Position numbers and translations under genes: made by a program. A DNA stretch of 64,000 bases from contig NZ_JARYGM010000001.1 in assembly GCF_033795525.1 (NCBI RefSeq), positions 206,614 to 270,613 of the forward strand, written 5' to 3'. The notes below the pieces were generated by a model. It saw nothing but the letters and a program-made list of their open reading frames with translations. It was not told where the DNA came from and ran no database searches. This stretch comes from Pigmentiphaga sp. (GTDB taxonomy: Bacteria; Pseudomonadota; Gammaproteobacteria; Burkholderiales; Burkholderiaceae_B). This document shows, piece by piece, positions 25,943 through 35,587 of this stretch; positions within the stretch are counted from its first letter, which is position 1, and each line of letters starts with the position of its first letter.

Positions 25943-26750
25943 TCTTGTCTCCTGGCAATGAAAAGACAGGCCATTGGTAAGACAGTGGCTCCCGCGCCAA
26001 CAGCCTTCGGGCTGCGTCGGCGTGATAACTCGTGGAGTAGGCGATGGCCTGCGAGGACGTTTCCATATCGCACATCGAACCGAGATCGGCGGACAGGGAT
26101 CTGGCGAGGGCCGCTTTGGTCATGGCGAACGCGCTGCGCGGCAGGCGAGTGAGCGCCCGTGCGATCATTTCGGCGCGCTGGTCGAGCGCATCGGGCGGAA
26201 CCACTTCGCTGGCAATGCCCAGCTGCAAAGCTTCTTCCGCGCCGATCTCGCGGTTCGAATACAGCAGCGTCTTTGCGCGCGCCCATCCCACGATGCGCGG
26301 CAGCGTAAAGAGCGAACATAGATCGGGCACCAGCCCAATGCGGAGGAACGACATGGATAACCGGACCCGGTTCGTGGCGATCACGACGTCGGCCGCCAGC
26401 ACGAGACTGCAGCCCGCGCCATAGGCGCATCCGTCGACCGCCATGATCACGGGCTTGGGAAGTTCCAGCAGGCGGCGCGCGCCGTCCGTGGCGGAAAGAA
26501 TGCGATCGCGGCCCGCTTCGGCGTCGAGCTCGCCGGGGCGCATGTCGGCGATGTCGCCACCCGCGCAGAAATGTCCGCCTTCCGCGCGCAGCAGTACCGC
26601 TCGCACATGCTCATCGTGTTCGGCGCGGCCCAAGCAGGCCCATAGTTCGTCGCGCATGGCCGAGTTCATGGCGTTGCGCTTTTCCGGCCTCGCCAACGTG
26701 ATGGATGCAAGGCGTCCTTCAACGCGATAGCGGATGAATGAGTGGCTCAC
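25917..26750 (-). CDS. enoyl-CoA hydratase/isomerase (crotonase) family protein
   Basis: ITLARPEKRNAMN, HFCAGGDIADM and VIMAVDGCAYGAGCSLVLAADV. The GTG 26750 start overlaps the LysR stop (GTGA). Confidence 0.8.
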   Translation of the reverse strand: MSHSFIRYRVEGRLASITLARPEKRNAMNSAMRDELWACLGRAEHDEHVRAVLLRAEGGHFCAGGDIADMRPGELDAEAGRDRILSATDGARRLLELPKPVIMAVDGCAYGAGCSLVLAADVVIATNRVRLSMSFLRIGLVPDLCSLFTLPRIVGWARAKTLLYSNREIGAEEALQLGIASEVVPPDALDQRAEMIARALTRLPRSAFAMTKAALARSLSADLGSMCDMETSSQAIAYSTSYHADAARRLLAREPLSYQWPVFSLPGDKNADHPDAR

Positions 26751-27664
26751 GGGCGGCCCCTCCTCGGGCCTGGCCGGGACAGCCGCTTCTTGGCGATTTC
26801 TATGAAACACTCCCGCAGCCGGGATTCGGCGCCGGCGTTCCACGCCAGCGCGAGCGTCAACGTAAGCGGGCCCGTCGGTCCGGCCAGCGGGCGGAAGGCA
26901 ACCTGTTTCATCCGGATGTTCTCCGAGGAGGAGGGCACGAGCGCCATGCCCATGCCGCTGGATACGAGCATGATCATGCTAGGTATGTCGCCCACTTCCT
27001 GGACGATGCGAGGGTGGAAGCCCGCATCGTTGCACAGGCGGGTGATGCGATGCGAGAGCGACGAGTCGAGCGAACGGTTGAATGCGATCAGCGGCTCGCC
27101 CGCCAGCCGCGCGATGTCTATTTTTTCGCGCCGGCTCAGAGGATGATCGACAGAGAGCGCCACCACCAGACGTTCCCGGGCAAAAGGCAGCAGCGCGATA
27201 TCCGACGAGGCGACGGGCGGCCGCACGATGCCCAGATCCAGCTTGCCTTGTAGGATGGCCTCCACTTGCTGGGGAGTCAGCATGCTGTCGTGCAGCTCCA
27301 GCTGCACCTCCGGATACTGGCTTCGATAATCGGCGAGCAGCCGCGGCAATTCGGAATAAATGGCCGAGTTGGTAAAGCCCAGACTGAGCCTGCCCATTTG
27401 CCCCGCGTCGGCCCGTATGGCCGTGTCGCGGGCCCGCTCGGCTGCCTTCAGGATATCCCGGGCTTCAGGCATAAAGGCCCGGCCGGCATCGGTAAGCGCC
27501 ACATGCCGTTTGGTGCGGACGAACAGGACGACGCCCAGCGATTCCTCCAGAAGCCGGATCTGCCGCGACAGCGGCGATTGGGCGATGTGCACCCGCTCGG
27601 CCGCGCGGCCGAAGTGGAGCTCTTCGGCAACGGCAAGAAAATATCGGAGTTGTTTCAGATCCAT
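26747..27664 (-). CDS. LysR-family transcriptional regulator
   Basis: MDLKQLRYFLAVAEELHFGRAAERVHIAQSPLSRQIRLLEESLGVVLF. Confidence 0.9.
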   Translation of the reverse strand: MDLKQLRYFLAVAEELHFGRAAERVHIAQSPLSRQIRLLEESLGVVLFVRTKRHVALTDAGRAFMPEARDILKAAERARDTAIRADAGQMGRLSLGFTNSAIYSELPRLLADYRSQYPEVQLELHDSMLTPQQVEAILQGKLDLGIVRPPVASSDIALLPFARERLVVALSVDHPLSRREKIDIARLAGEPLIAFNRSLDSSLSHRITRLCNDAGFHPRIVQEVGDIPSMIMLVSSGMGMALVPSSSENIRMKQVAFRPLAGPTGPLTLTLALAWNAGAESRLRECFIEIAKKRLSRPGPRRGRP

Positions 27665-27678
27665 GGTCGGGGCGGCGG
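27664..27678 (+). repeat. 15-nt copy of the 3' end of tRNA-Pro (TGGTCGGGGCGGCGG)
   Basis: Identical to 24912-24926 in the same orientation. It starts at the LysR start codon. Confidence 0.4.
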
Positions 27679-27694
27679 CTCAGGGTGGCGTTTT

Positions 27695-29143
27695 CTAAGA
27701 CCCCCAGCGAGGCAGGCTTGCTCCCAGCAGCAAGGGGGGGCTGCTCCAGAACGCCGGCGTGCCCGAAAACCGGGTGATCGGAGCAAGATAATCGAGCTTC
27801 CCGAAGGGGCTGTCCATATGCAGCACCTCCGGCTCCAGCGGCGCTGCGGGCGGGCCGGACTCCACAAGCCCCATGTCCTGGACCCACATGCAGGTGCGGG
27901 CAAGCGCGAGACTGACGCGATAGCTTCCGCCCTCGGCCGCGCGACGCCTCAATGCGGCCAGTACGCCCGCGGCGCCAAGGTAGGCCGTGGTGTAGTCCGC
28001 CACCAAGGTAGTGGGCGGCAGGCGGGGGGAGTCCGGCCCGCCCTCCACCCAGCTGATGCCCGTCGTCGATTGCGCATTGTGGTCGAATCCCACGCGGTGC
28101 GCCCATGGGCCGCCGGCATCGCCATAGGCGCTCAAATCGACGTAGACCAGGCCGGGATGTCCCGCGATCATGTTCTCCAATGACAGGCCGCGCCGAGCAA
28201 GACTGCCAGGGCTGTACGACTGGACGACGACGTCCGCCCCGGCTATCAGCTCGCGTACGGTAGCCAGATCCCGGCGCGTGTCGAAGTCGAGAAATGCGCT
28301 CCGCTTGCCGAACCCGGTATCGAGCATGAAGTTCAGCGGGTCCGTCTGGGTCGGGGCGGAAATGCGCAACACGTCGGCGCCTTGCTCGGCGAGCGTCCGG
28401 GTCAGCCCCGGGCCGGCAAGAATATGGCTAAGGTCCAGAACCCTCAGCCCCGCGAGCGGCCGCGGGCCGGTCTGGCGCCACAGCCGGGGGGCGCCCGGCG
28501 CCGCCCGTTCGATATGGATCACGGGAAGTTTGGACAGAGCCCGGCCGTGCGGGTGGCTGCGCCATTCCTCGGGCGAACGGACCAGCGAAACCGGCAGGTT
28601 GGCCGCAATGCACGCATCCTCGAGCTCCTGGCCGGACCAGGTAGCCACCGCCTTCTCAATCGCCTCCCGGTTGTTCGGGGCGCCCAGCAGCGTTAGCAGT
28701 TCGTTGCGCAATTGCGGACGGGTGAAGACCAGATAGACCCACCGCCCGTCCCGCGTCCGGAAATAGCCGTTGCCGGGCTCGTTAAAGGTGAAGTCGAACC
28801 CTATCGGATAGCCATTCTGCTTGAGGTATCGCGAAGGATGCAGCGCATGCGCCGCCCTTCCGATTTCGACGGACACGTCCTGGCCGGCATGCCCGTGTTC
28901 CCGGGCAAGACTGGCCAGCGCGGTGCCCTGCGCCGCGGCGGCAACCGCCATGGCGCCTGCCAGCCGATGCGGACTATCGATGGCCGGGTCGGCTCCCTTT
29001 ATCGATACTTCGCCGCCGGAATCCGCGCGTTTCAGCCCCAGGACTTCCAGGCATGCGTCCAGCTGCGCATTGGCAACCGGGTCGGAATCGGAATGCGCGC
29101 TTGCCGGCGCATCCGCAGCCTCTTGCCGCGATTCGCACATCAT
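27695..29143 (-). CDS. family III (CaiB/BaiF) CoA-transferase with atypical N-terminal region
   Basis: LAGLRVLDLSHILAGPGLTRTLAEQGADVLRI, GKRSAFLDF, DVVVQSYSPGSL and GFDHNAQSTTG. These motifs start only at about residue 216. Confidence 0.8.
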   Translation of the reverse strand: MMCESRQEAADAPASAHSDSDPVANAQLDACLEVLGLKRADSGGEVSIKGADPAIDSPHRLAGAMAVAAAAQGTALASLAREHGHAGQDVSVEIGRAAHALHPSRYLKQNGYPIGFDFTFNEPGNGYFRTRDGRWVYLVFTRPQLRNELLTLLGAPNNREAIEKAVATWSGQELEDACIAANLPVSLVRSPEEWRSHPHGRALSKLPVIHIERAAPGAPRLWRQTGPRPLAGLRVLDLSHILAGPGLTRTLAEQGADVLRISAPTQTDPLNFMLDTGFGKRSAFLDFDTRRDLATVRELIAGADVVVQSYSPGSLARRGLSLENMIAGHPGLVYVDLSAYGDAGGPWAHRVGFDHNAQSTTGISWVEGGPDSPRLPPTTLVADYTTAYLGAAGVLAALRRRAAEGGSYRVSLALARTCMWVQDMGLVESGPPAAPLEPEVLHMDSPFGKLDYLAPITRFSGTPAFWSSPPLLLGASLPRWGS

Positions 29144-30696
29144 TGGTTCTCCACGTGGCGATCGCTTCCATCGCCATATCGCATTTTCAGCCTCAGCTTG
29201 TCGATCTTGCCCGCCCCGTTCTTGGGCAAGTCATCCACGATGAAAATCTTCGTCGGCTGCTTGTAGCGGGCGAGCCTGCCTTGCAAGTGCGCCATGATTC
29301 GGCGTTCGTCCAGGCCGCATCCAGGAACGGGACTGACAACGGCGCAGACGGTTTCGCCCCATTTCGGATGAGGAATGCCGATAACGGCCGACTCCAGAAT
29401 TTCGGGGTTTTCGGCCAGCTTGGCTTCCACCTCGGCAGCGTAGATGTTCTCGCCGCCGCTGACGATCATTTCCTTGATGCGCCCCGCGACGGTCAGGAAC
29501 CCTTCGCCGTCCAGCCGCCCCAGGTCGCCGGTGCGCAACCACCCGTCTTCGAGCACGGCTGCCGATTCGGCCGCCTGATTCCAATAGCCGAGCATGACGT
29601 TGGGGCCGCGCATCCGGATTTCTCCGACCCCATCGCTGCCGGCAGCCGCGATGCGGACGTCGCCGAACATGGGGGCCTGACCCGCCGTCATGGCCTTGGA
29701 GGCGGCCGAGCCCGGAGCAAGGGCGGTGACCAGCGGCGCGGCCTCGGTCAGCCCGTAGCGCTGGATCACGGCGATGCCTCGGTGGTGATAGCGCTTGATC
29801 AGCGCATCAGGGACCGGGGCTCCCCCGACGATGATGCCGCGCAGGCTGGACAGATCGGCGCGGTAGAACTCGTTCTGTTCTGCAATGAACTGGTACATGG
29901 CTGGTACGCCGGCGATGATCGAAATGCGCTCCGAGGCGATACGCTCGATGATGCTGCCGGGGTCGAACGATTTTTCCAGATGGATCGTGGCGCCGCGCAG
30001 AAAGCTTTCCATGACCGTCGAGACGGGCGCGGCATGGAACAGGGGCGCCGATACGAGCACTCTGTCGGTGGGCAGCCCGCCCTGAATAAGAATCGTATTG
30101 ATGGTATTCCAGAAAATATTGCCATAGCTGAGCATGACGCCCTTGGGACGGCCGGTGCTGCCCGAGGTATAGAGCAGCCATGCCGTTTCCTCCCACCCTG
30201 CCTGCCGTAGATCGGCGAGATGGTCGGGCTCGACGGAGCAGGCCTCTTCGAATTCGTCGTTGCCGCGCCTGTCAGAGCGCAGGAAGCGACCGCAGCCGGT
30301 CCGCCGCGCCACCTCGGCCTGAATGGACGCGAACTCCGCGCCATGGATCAGCAGAGTCGCGCCGCAGTCCTGCATCATGGCCACGACCTCGGGCGCGGCC
30401 AGCCGGAAGTTCAACGGAACGAAGATCGCTCCCAGACTGGCGGCGGCAAACATCGTCACCAGAAAGCGCACGTCGTTGAAGTCCAGCAGGGCGACGCGGT
30501 CGCCTGGCCGCACCCCCGACGCCCGCATCCAGGCGGCCAAGCCTTGCGCCATCCGGTGCATGCGCCCATACGTCCAGCGTTCGGCCTCTTCTCCTTTCCT
30601 CCAATAAACCATCGACAGCGCATCGGGACTTCTTTCGGCATGCTTGGCCAGCCAGTGCTGAAGATTCGGATTGGGCATGGACCAAGGGTGCTTCAT
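29140..30696 (-). CDS. AMP-dependent acyl-CoA synthetase/ligase
   Basis: LLYTSGSTGRPKGV, YGLTEA, TGDLGRLDGEGFL and GKIDK. ATGA overlaps at both ends. Confidence 0.9.
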   Translation of the reverse strand: MKHPWSMPNPNLQHWLAKHAERSPDALSMVYWRKGEEAERWTYGRMHRMAQGLAAWMRASGVRPGDRVALLDFNDVRFLVTMFAAASLGAIFVPLNFRLAAPEVVAMMQDCGATLLIHGAEFASIQAEVARRTGCGRFLRSDRRGNDEFEEACSVEPDHLADLRQAGWEETAWLLYTSGSTGRPKGVMLSYGNIFWNTINTILIQGGLPTDRVLVSAPLFHAAPVSTVMESFLRGATIHLEKSFDPGSIIERIASERISIIAGVPAMYQFIAEQNEFYRADLSSLRGIIVGGAPVPDALIKRYHHRGIAVIQRYGLTEAAPLVTALAPGSAASKAMTAGQAPMFGDVRIAAAGSDGVGEIRMRGPNVMLGYWNQAAESAAVLEDGWLRTGDLGRLDGEGFLTVAGRIKEMIVSGGENIYAAEVEAKLAENPEILESAVIGIPHPKWGETVCAVVSPVPGCGLDERRIMAHLQGRLARYKQPTKIFIVDDLPKNGAGKIDKLRLKMRYGDGSDRHVENQ

Positions 30697-32075
30697 GCGG
30701 GGCGACCCTCCGAGGAAGTTCCAGACAGGCGACCTCCCGCCATGAGCAGGCCGTCGACCATGGCCAGCGTACTGCCCAGGTAGGATTCCGGGCCGCACAG
30801 CCGTTCGATTCCCGCTGCGCCGCCCAGCGCATCGCAGATATCCGCCTGTTCGGCCAGGACTTGCGAAAGCGGTCGAGCGTTTTCCGCAGCCTGCTTGCAG
30901 GCTTCGTAGACGCGTTCATGGGCGGCCTGGCGGCCCAGCACCGAGGCGGCCGCCATCATGATGGCCTCCGCGACGATCAAGCCGCCGGTGATGTCCAGGT
31001 TCTGGCGCATGCGCTGCTTGTCGACGGTCAGTCCCTCGAGCATGAAGACCGCGTTCGCCAAGGCCCCTGCCGTCAGCACGAAGCTCTGCGGAATGGCAAG
31101 CCATTCCGCCTGCCATGGACCGGTCGAACGTTCGAAATCGTGCACGGCCGCATCGAACATCAGGGCGGCGTTCTGGCGCACCGCCTTGGCGTTCGCAATG
31201 ATCACCTCGCACGAAATGGGATTGCGCTTTTGCGGCATCGTGCTGGACGCGCCCCTACCGGGAACGAAGGGCTCGGCCACTTCGCCGAACTCATTGGCCA
31301 TCATGAGCGATACATCGGTGGCGATCTTGGCCAGCGATCCCGTCAGCAAGGCCAGGAAGCCGACCGCTTCGGCCAGGTTGTCGCGCGCCACGTGCCAGGT
31401 GATCGCCGGAACACCAAGATCCAGCTCCTCGCACAGCGCGCGCTGGACTTGCAGTCCTTGGCTTCCCAGCGAAGCGAGCGTACCGGCCGCGCCGGAAAAG
31501 GATCCCACTAGAAGTCTGGGTTTGAGCTCCCGCAGCCTGGCCATGTGGCGGTCGAACATCGACAGCCACACCGCCGCCTTGTAGCCGAACGTGATGGGTA
31601 GCGCGTGCTGCAGATGCGTGCGGCCTGCCATCAGGGTCTCGCGATGATCCTGAGCCAGGCGCGCAAGCGTCGCCTGAAGCATGCCGGTCTGTTTCTCGAG
31701 TTCCCCTATCGCTTGCCGAAGCTGCAGCACCAGCGCGGTATCCATGATGTCTTGCGTCGTCGCGCCCCAGTGCACATATCGTCCCGCCTCTCCTGCCGCT
31801 TCGGACAGTTGCCTCACCAGGGGCAGGATGGGATAGCCGACGATCAGCGTCTCGCGCGCCAGACGATCGATATCGGCAGTAAAGGCGCCGGCGGCGCGGG
31901 CGATGTCGGTCGCGGCCTGGCCGGGAATGATGCCGACGCGGGCCTGGGCTCTGGCCAACGCCGCTTCGACTTCCACGTAGCGGTCAATCAACGCTTCGTC
32001 GCAGAAAACCTGGCGCATCTTCGCGGTACCGAACATATCGCCGAAGATCCGCGAATCGATGAGGGATGTACTCAT
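30693..32075 (-). CDS. fumarate-lyase superfamily protein (adenylosuccinate lyase / 3-carboxymuconate cycloisomerase-like)
   Basis: HWGATTQDIMDT, GRTHLQHALPITFG and the signature GASSTMPQKRNP. Confidence 0.8.
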   Translation of the reverse strand: MSTSLIDSRIFGDMFGTAKMRQVFCDEALIDRYVEVEAALARAQARVGIIPGQAATDIARAAGAFTADIDRLARETLIVGYPILPLVRQLSEAAGEAGRYVHWGATTQDIMDTALVLQLRQAIGELEKQTGMLQATLARLAQDHRETLMAGRTHLQHALPITFGYKAAVWLSMFDRHMARLRELKPRLLVGSFSGAAGTLASLGSQGLQVQRALCEELDLGVPAITWHVARDNLAEAVGFLALLTGSLAKIATDVSLMMANEFGEVAEPFVPGRGASSTMPQKRNPISCEVIIANAKAVRQNAALMFDAAVHDFERSTGPWQAEWLAIPQSFVLTAGALANAVFMLEGLTVDKQRMRQNLDITGGLIVAEAIMMAAASVLGRQAAHERVYEACKQAAENARPLSQVLAEQADICDALGGAAGIERLCGPESYLGSTLAMVDGLLMAGGRLSGTSSEGRPA

Positions 32076-32108
32076 GGTCGTTTCTCTGTACTGGTTTCGC
32101 AAGGCTGC

Positions 32109-33020
32109 TCAGACCGGATCCCAGCTGAACACGTCTGCCGAGCGGTCGAGCGCATAGAAGCTGGCGCGCATGGCCGGCATGGCGTGTTGCGCGATCGTCT
32201 CGGGCGTCCAGCCTTCGCTGCGTTGCACCGAGCGCAGCGGGCGGTTCTGGCTGATCAGGAAGAGCTCATTGGCGCGCACGGCGAACACCTGGCCGGTCAC
32301 GTCGCCGGCGGCATCCGAGGCCAGATAGACCATCATGGGCGCGATCTTCGCGGTCTCCATGGATTTGATCTTCTCGACCCGGGCTTGCTCCTCCGGCGTA
32401 TCCGCGGGAATGGACCCGATCAGCCGGCTCCAGGCGAAAGGACACACCGCATTGGCGGTGACGCCATACCGCGCCATATCCAGGGCGACCGACTTTGCCA
32501 AGGCAACGACGCCCAGCTTGGCCGCTGCGTAGTTGGCCTGCCCGAAGTTGCCCACCAGGGCCGAGGCGGATGTCATGAACAGGTAGCGGCCGCCATTGCG
32601 GGACTTGAAGTGCGGCGCAGCCGCGCGGCTGACGTAGAACGAGCCGTTAAGGTGGACGTCGACGACGGCTTTCCATTCCTCTACCGACATCTTGTGGAAG
32701 ATGCGGTCCCGCACGATGCCCGCATTGTTGACCACGATGTCGAGCTGCCCGAAGTTCCGGATCGCCGTGTCCACCATGTTTTGCGCCGCGTTCCAGTCCG
32801 ATACCGAGTCGGTATTGGCGATGGCTTGCCCTCCGGCCGCACCTATTTCGCGAACGACCTCGGCGGCCGGGCCAGCGTCGGCCCCGCTGCCGTCCAAGGA
32901 GGTGCCGAGATCGTTGACCACCACTTTCGCGCCATGCGCGGCCATGGCCAGCGCGATGTCGCGCCCGATACCCCGCCCCGCTCCTGTTACGAGCGCAACT
33001 TTTCCATCCAGCATACCCAT
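32109..33020 (-). CDS. SDR-family oxidoreductase
   Basis: GKVALVTGAGRGIGRDIA, NNAG and YAAAK. GAGGAAAAA SD before ATG 33020. Confidence 0.85.
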   Translation of the reverse strand: MGMLDGKVALVTGAGRGIGRDIALAMAAHGAKVVVNDLGTSLDGSGADAGPAAEVVREIGAAGGQAIANTDSVSDWNAAQNMVDTAIRNFGQLDIVVNNAGIVRDRIFHKMSVEEWKAVVDVHLNGSFYVSRAAAPHFKSRNGGRYLFMTSASALVGNFGQANYAAAKLGVVALAKSVALDMARYGVTANAVCPFAWSRLIGSIPADTPEEQARVEKIKSMETAKIAPMMVYLASDAAGDVTGQVFAVRANELFLISQNRPLRSVQRSEGWTPETIAQHAMPAMRASFYALDRSADVFSWDPV

Positions 33021-33058
33021 TGTTTTTCCTCGATCTTCCGATGATCTGGCAGGCGGCA

Positions 33059-34213
33059 TCAAAGCGTGCCCGCGCTGCCGAAAAGCGCCGTGCATTGGCT
33101 CGACAGCACGGCGCCGTTGCCGTGCGCCAGGCCGACGTCGCAAGAAGCGACCTGGCGCGCGCCGCATTCCCCGCGTATCTGCCGCACGATCTCTATCATG
33201 GCGAGCAGGCCGTACATCCCTGGGTGACAGTACGACAGGCCGCCGCCGTTGGTATTGACGGGCAGGCGCCCGCCCGGCGCGATCGCGCCGTCCGCGACGA
33301 ACGCGCCGCCTTCTCCCTTCCTGCAGAAGCCCAGATCTTCCAGAAACAGAATGGGCGTGATCGTGAAGGCGTCGTAGAGCCCGAGCACGTCCACGTCGGC
33401 GGGCGTGAGCCCGGCCATGGTGAAAGCACTTTGCCCGGATTGAACCGCGCAAGTCGTGGTCAGCTCGGGCATGTTCGAAATCGTGCCGTGCCCCAACGCT
33501 TCGCCCACGCCCAGCACATAGACCGGAGGCTTGCGCAATGAACTGGCGCGGGCGGCCGAGGTCAGCACCATTGCGCCTCCGCCATCCAGGACCAGGCAGC
33601 AGTCGCGCACCGTCAGCGGCTCCGAGACCATGCGCGACGACAACACCTGTTCGATGGCGAGCGGCTCTTTCTCCCACGCGCTGGGGTTCAGGAGCGCCCA
33701 TTGCCTGGCAGCCACGGCGACTTCCGCTAGATGCCTGCGAGTCGTCCCGTATTCATGCATGTGGCGCGATGCAGCCAGGGCATAGGCGCTGACCGGCAGA
33801 AGCGGCCTGAACGGATCCTCATAAGGGTTCGGGTCGGGACGCGATGCCGTAGCGCGGGATACCGACCGCTGGGTGCTGCCATAAGCGATCAAAGCGACTT
33901 GGCAAACCCCGGCCTCGATGGCCTGAACCGCATGGGCGACATGAGACATGAACGACGATCCGCCTATCTGCGTGCCGTCGAAGCAGCGCGGCGAGAGGCC
34001 CAGATACTCCGCCAGCATCATCGGTCCGAACCGGACCTGGGCGCTGGCGACGAACAGTCCGTCCACATCCCGTAGCGACAAGCCCGCGTCCGCCAGGGCT
34101 CGCGTCGTAGCCTGCGCCATCAGGTCCAGCGGCGTCGTGCCGGCCGCCATCTGGCCGAGATCGGACTCCGCGACGCCGACTACCGCCACGCGTCCGCGCA
34201 TCGATGCATTCAT
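33059..34213 (-). CDS. thiolase-like protein (SCP-x/lipid-transfer type, DUF35 partner)
   Basis: VAVVGVAESDLG..., a thiolase-fold N-terminal domain and the C-terminal NTNGGGLSYCHPG. ATGA overlap with the DUF35 gene. Confidence 0.8.
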   Translation of the reverse strand: MNASMRGRVAVVGVAESDLGQMAAGTTPLDLMAQATTRALADAGLSLRDVDGLFVASAQVRFGPMMLAEYLGLSPRCFDGTQIGGSSFMSHVAHAVQAIEAGVCQVALIAYGSTQRSVSRATASRPDPNPYEDPFRPLLPVSAYALAASRHMHEYGTTRRHLAEVAVAARQWALLNPSAWEKEPLAIEQVLSSRMVSEPLTVRDCCLVLDGGGAMVLTSAARASSLRKPPVYVLGVGEALGHGTISNMPELTTTCAVQSGQSAFTMAGLTPADVDVLGLYDAFTITPILFLEDLGFCRKGEGGAFVADGAIAPGGRLPVNTNGGGLSYCHPGMYGLLAMIEIVRQIRGECGARQVASCDVGLAHGNGAVLSSQCTALFGSAGTL

Positions 34214-34662
34214 AGCTCGTTCTCCGCACGGGACGGCAGCGCCACCGTCCGGTCGACGTCGAATACCGGATAAGGCTGACCCTCGTCGGGGCGATGGACA
34301 CGCATGCGTACGCGCGTGCCTATCCTGAGTTCCGAAGGCGGGATACCTTCCACTCGGCTCATCAGCCGGAATCCTTCGTCCATGTCGATGAGCGAGACGT
34401 TCAGCGGCACTTCTCCGCGGTAATGAACCACGGTGGTGGCATAGACCGTGCCGGTTCCGGCCGAGACTTCCCACACCAGGCCGCAGGCGCCCGTGCCGGG
34501 AGCCGCTACGCGGGGATAGAACACAGCGCGGCCCGTCTCGGGGTCGCGCTGGAACACCAGCTTCCCTTGTTCGAGAAACGCCAGGTAGCGTCCGTATGGC
34601 GATTCTTCGGCCAGGCGATTCAGGTCGCGATAGGCGCAATCGCCTGCTTCGGGCCGGCTCAT
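34210..34662 (-). CDS. DUF35 OB-fold/zinc-ribbon acyl-CoA-associated protein
   Basis: About 150 aa. FLEQGKLVFQRDPETGRAVFYPR...YATTVVHY...VSLIDMDEGFRLMSRV is typical of DUF35_N/OB_aCoA_assoc. Translationally coupled to the thiolase. Confidence 0.75.
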   Translation of the reverse strand: MSRPEAGDCAYRDLNRLAEESPYGRYLAFLEQGKLVFQRDPETGRAVFYPRVAAPGTGACGLVWEVSAGTGTVYATTVVHYRGEVPLNVSLIDMDEGFRLMSRVEGIPPSELRIGTRVRMRVHRPDEGQPYPVFDVDRTVALPSRAENEL

Positions 34663-35558
34663 GCCTGCCCCCCGGCGTTGACGTCGACCGACCGCTGCTG
34701 GCGGTCCGCCTCGGTCTGCGCCTTGATCCGCTCGCGCGATTCGCGCCATTGCTCGTCTCCCCACGCCATGTAGTGGGTAAAATACGCGCCCTGCGCCAAG
34801 TGGTAGGCGCCATCGATGGCAATGGTCTCGCCGCTCAGCCATTCGCAGCCGTCCGCCATCAGGAAGGCCGCGAGGTTCGCCAGCTCGTGCATCTGGCCGA
34901 GCCGCCCCGAAGGATTATCCGCGGTCTCGCGGGCGTGCGGATCGCTTCCCGGACGCAGCCGGGCCGTCGCGCCCTCGGTTGGAAAAATCCCGGGAGCAAT
35001 CGCATTGAAGCGAATGCCATAGCGCCCCCATTCGGTAGCCAATGACTTGGTCATGGCGTCCACCCCCGCCTTGGACATGGCCGACGGCACGACGAAGGGC
35101 GATCCCGTACGCACCCAGGTCGTGACGATGGAAAGCACCGATCCCTTGCTTTTCTGTGCGATCCAGCGCTTGCCCACCGATTGCGTCACATAGAAGGTAC
35201 CGTGCAGCACGATGTTGGCGATGGCGTCGAAGCCGTTGGCCGAAAGGTCTTCGGTGCGGCTGACGAAATTTCCGGCGGCATTGTTGACCAGGCCCGTCAG
35301 CGGACCGTCTTCCCAGATGCGCGCCACCATCGCGTCCACGGCCTGGGCATCGCGTATGTCGACGGGCAGCGGAATGACCTGCCCCCCGTAGCGCCGTTGC
35401 AGTTCATCGGCGGCATCCCGCAGCACGCTCTCGCGCCGGCCGCAGATATACAGAATGGCTCCCAGCTCCAGGAGCCGGCCGCCGATCTCCTTGCCGAGGC
35501 CGGACCCGCCGCCGGTTACGAGAATCCGATGTCCTTTGAAAATGCCAGGTGCAAACAT
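34659..35558 (-). CDS. SDR-family oxidoreductase (2,4-dienoyl-CoA reductase-like)
   Basis: ILVTGGGSGLGKEI, NNAAGNF and SAMSKAGVDAMTKSLATEW. Confidence 0.8.
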   Translation of the reverse strand: MFAPGIFKGHRILVTGGGSGLGKEIGGRLLELGAILYICGRRESVLRDAADELQRRYGGQVIPLPVDIRDAQAVDAMVARIWEDGPLTGLVNNAAGNFVSRTEDLSANGFDAIANIVLHGTFYVTQSVGKRWIAQKSKGSVLSIVTTWVRTGSPFVVPSAMSKAGVDAMTKSLATEWGRYGIRFNAIAPGIFPTEGATARLRPGSDPHARETADNPSGRLGQMHELANLAAFLMADGCEWLSGETIAIDGAYHLAQGAYFTHYMAWGDEQWRESRERIKAQTEADRQQRSVDVNAGGQA

Positions 35559-35587
35559 GTCCTATTCGTTCCTTCGCGAAGCTGAGG

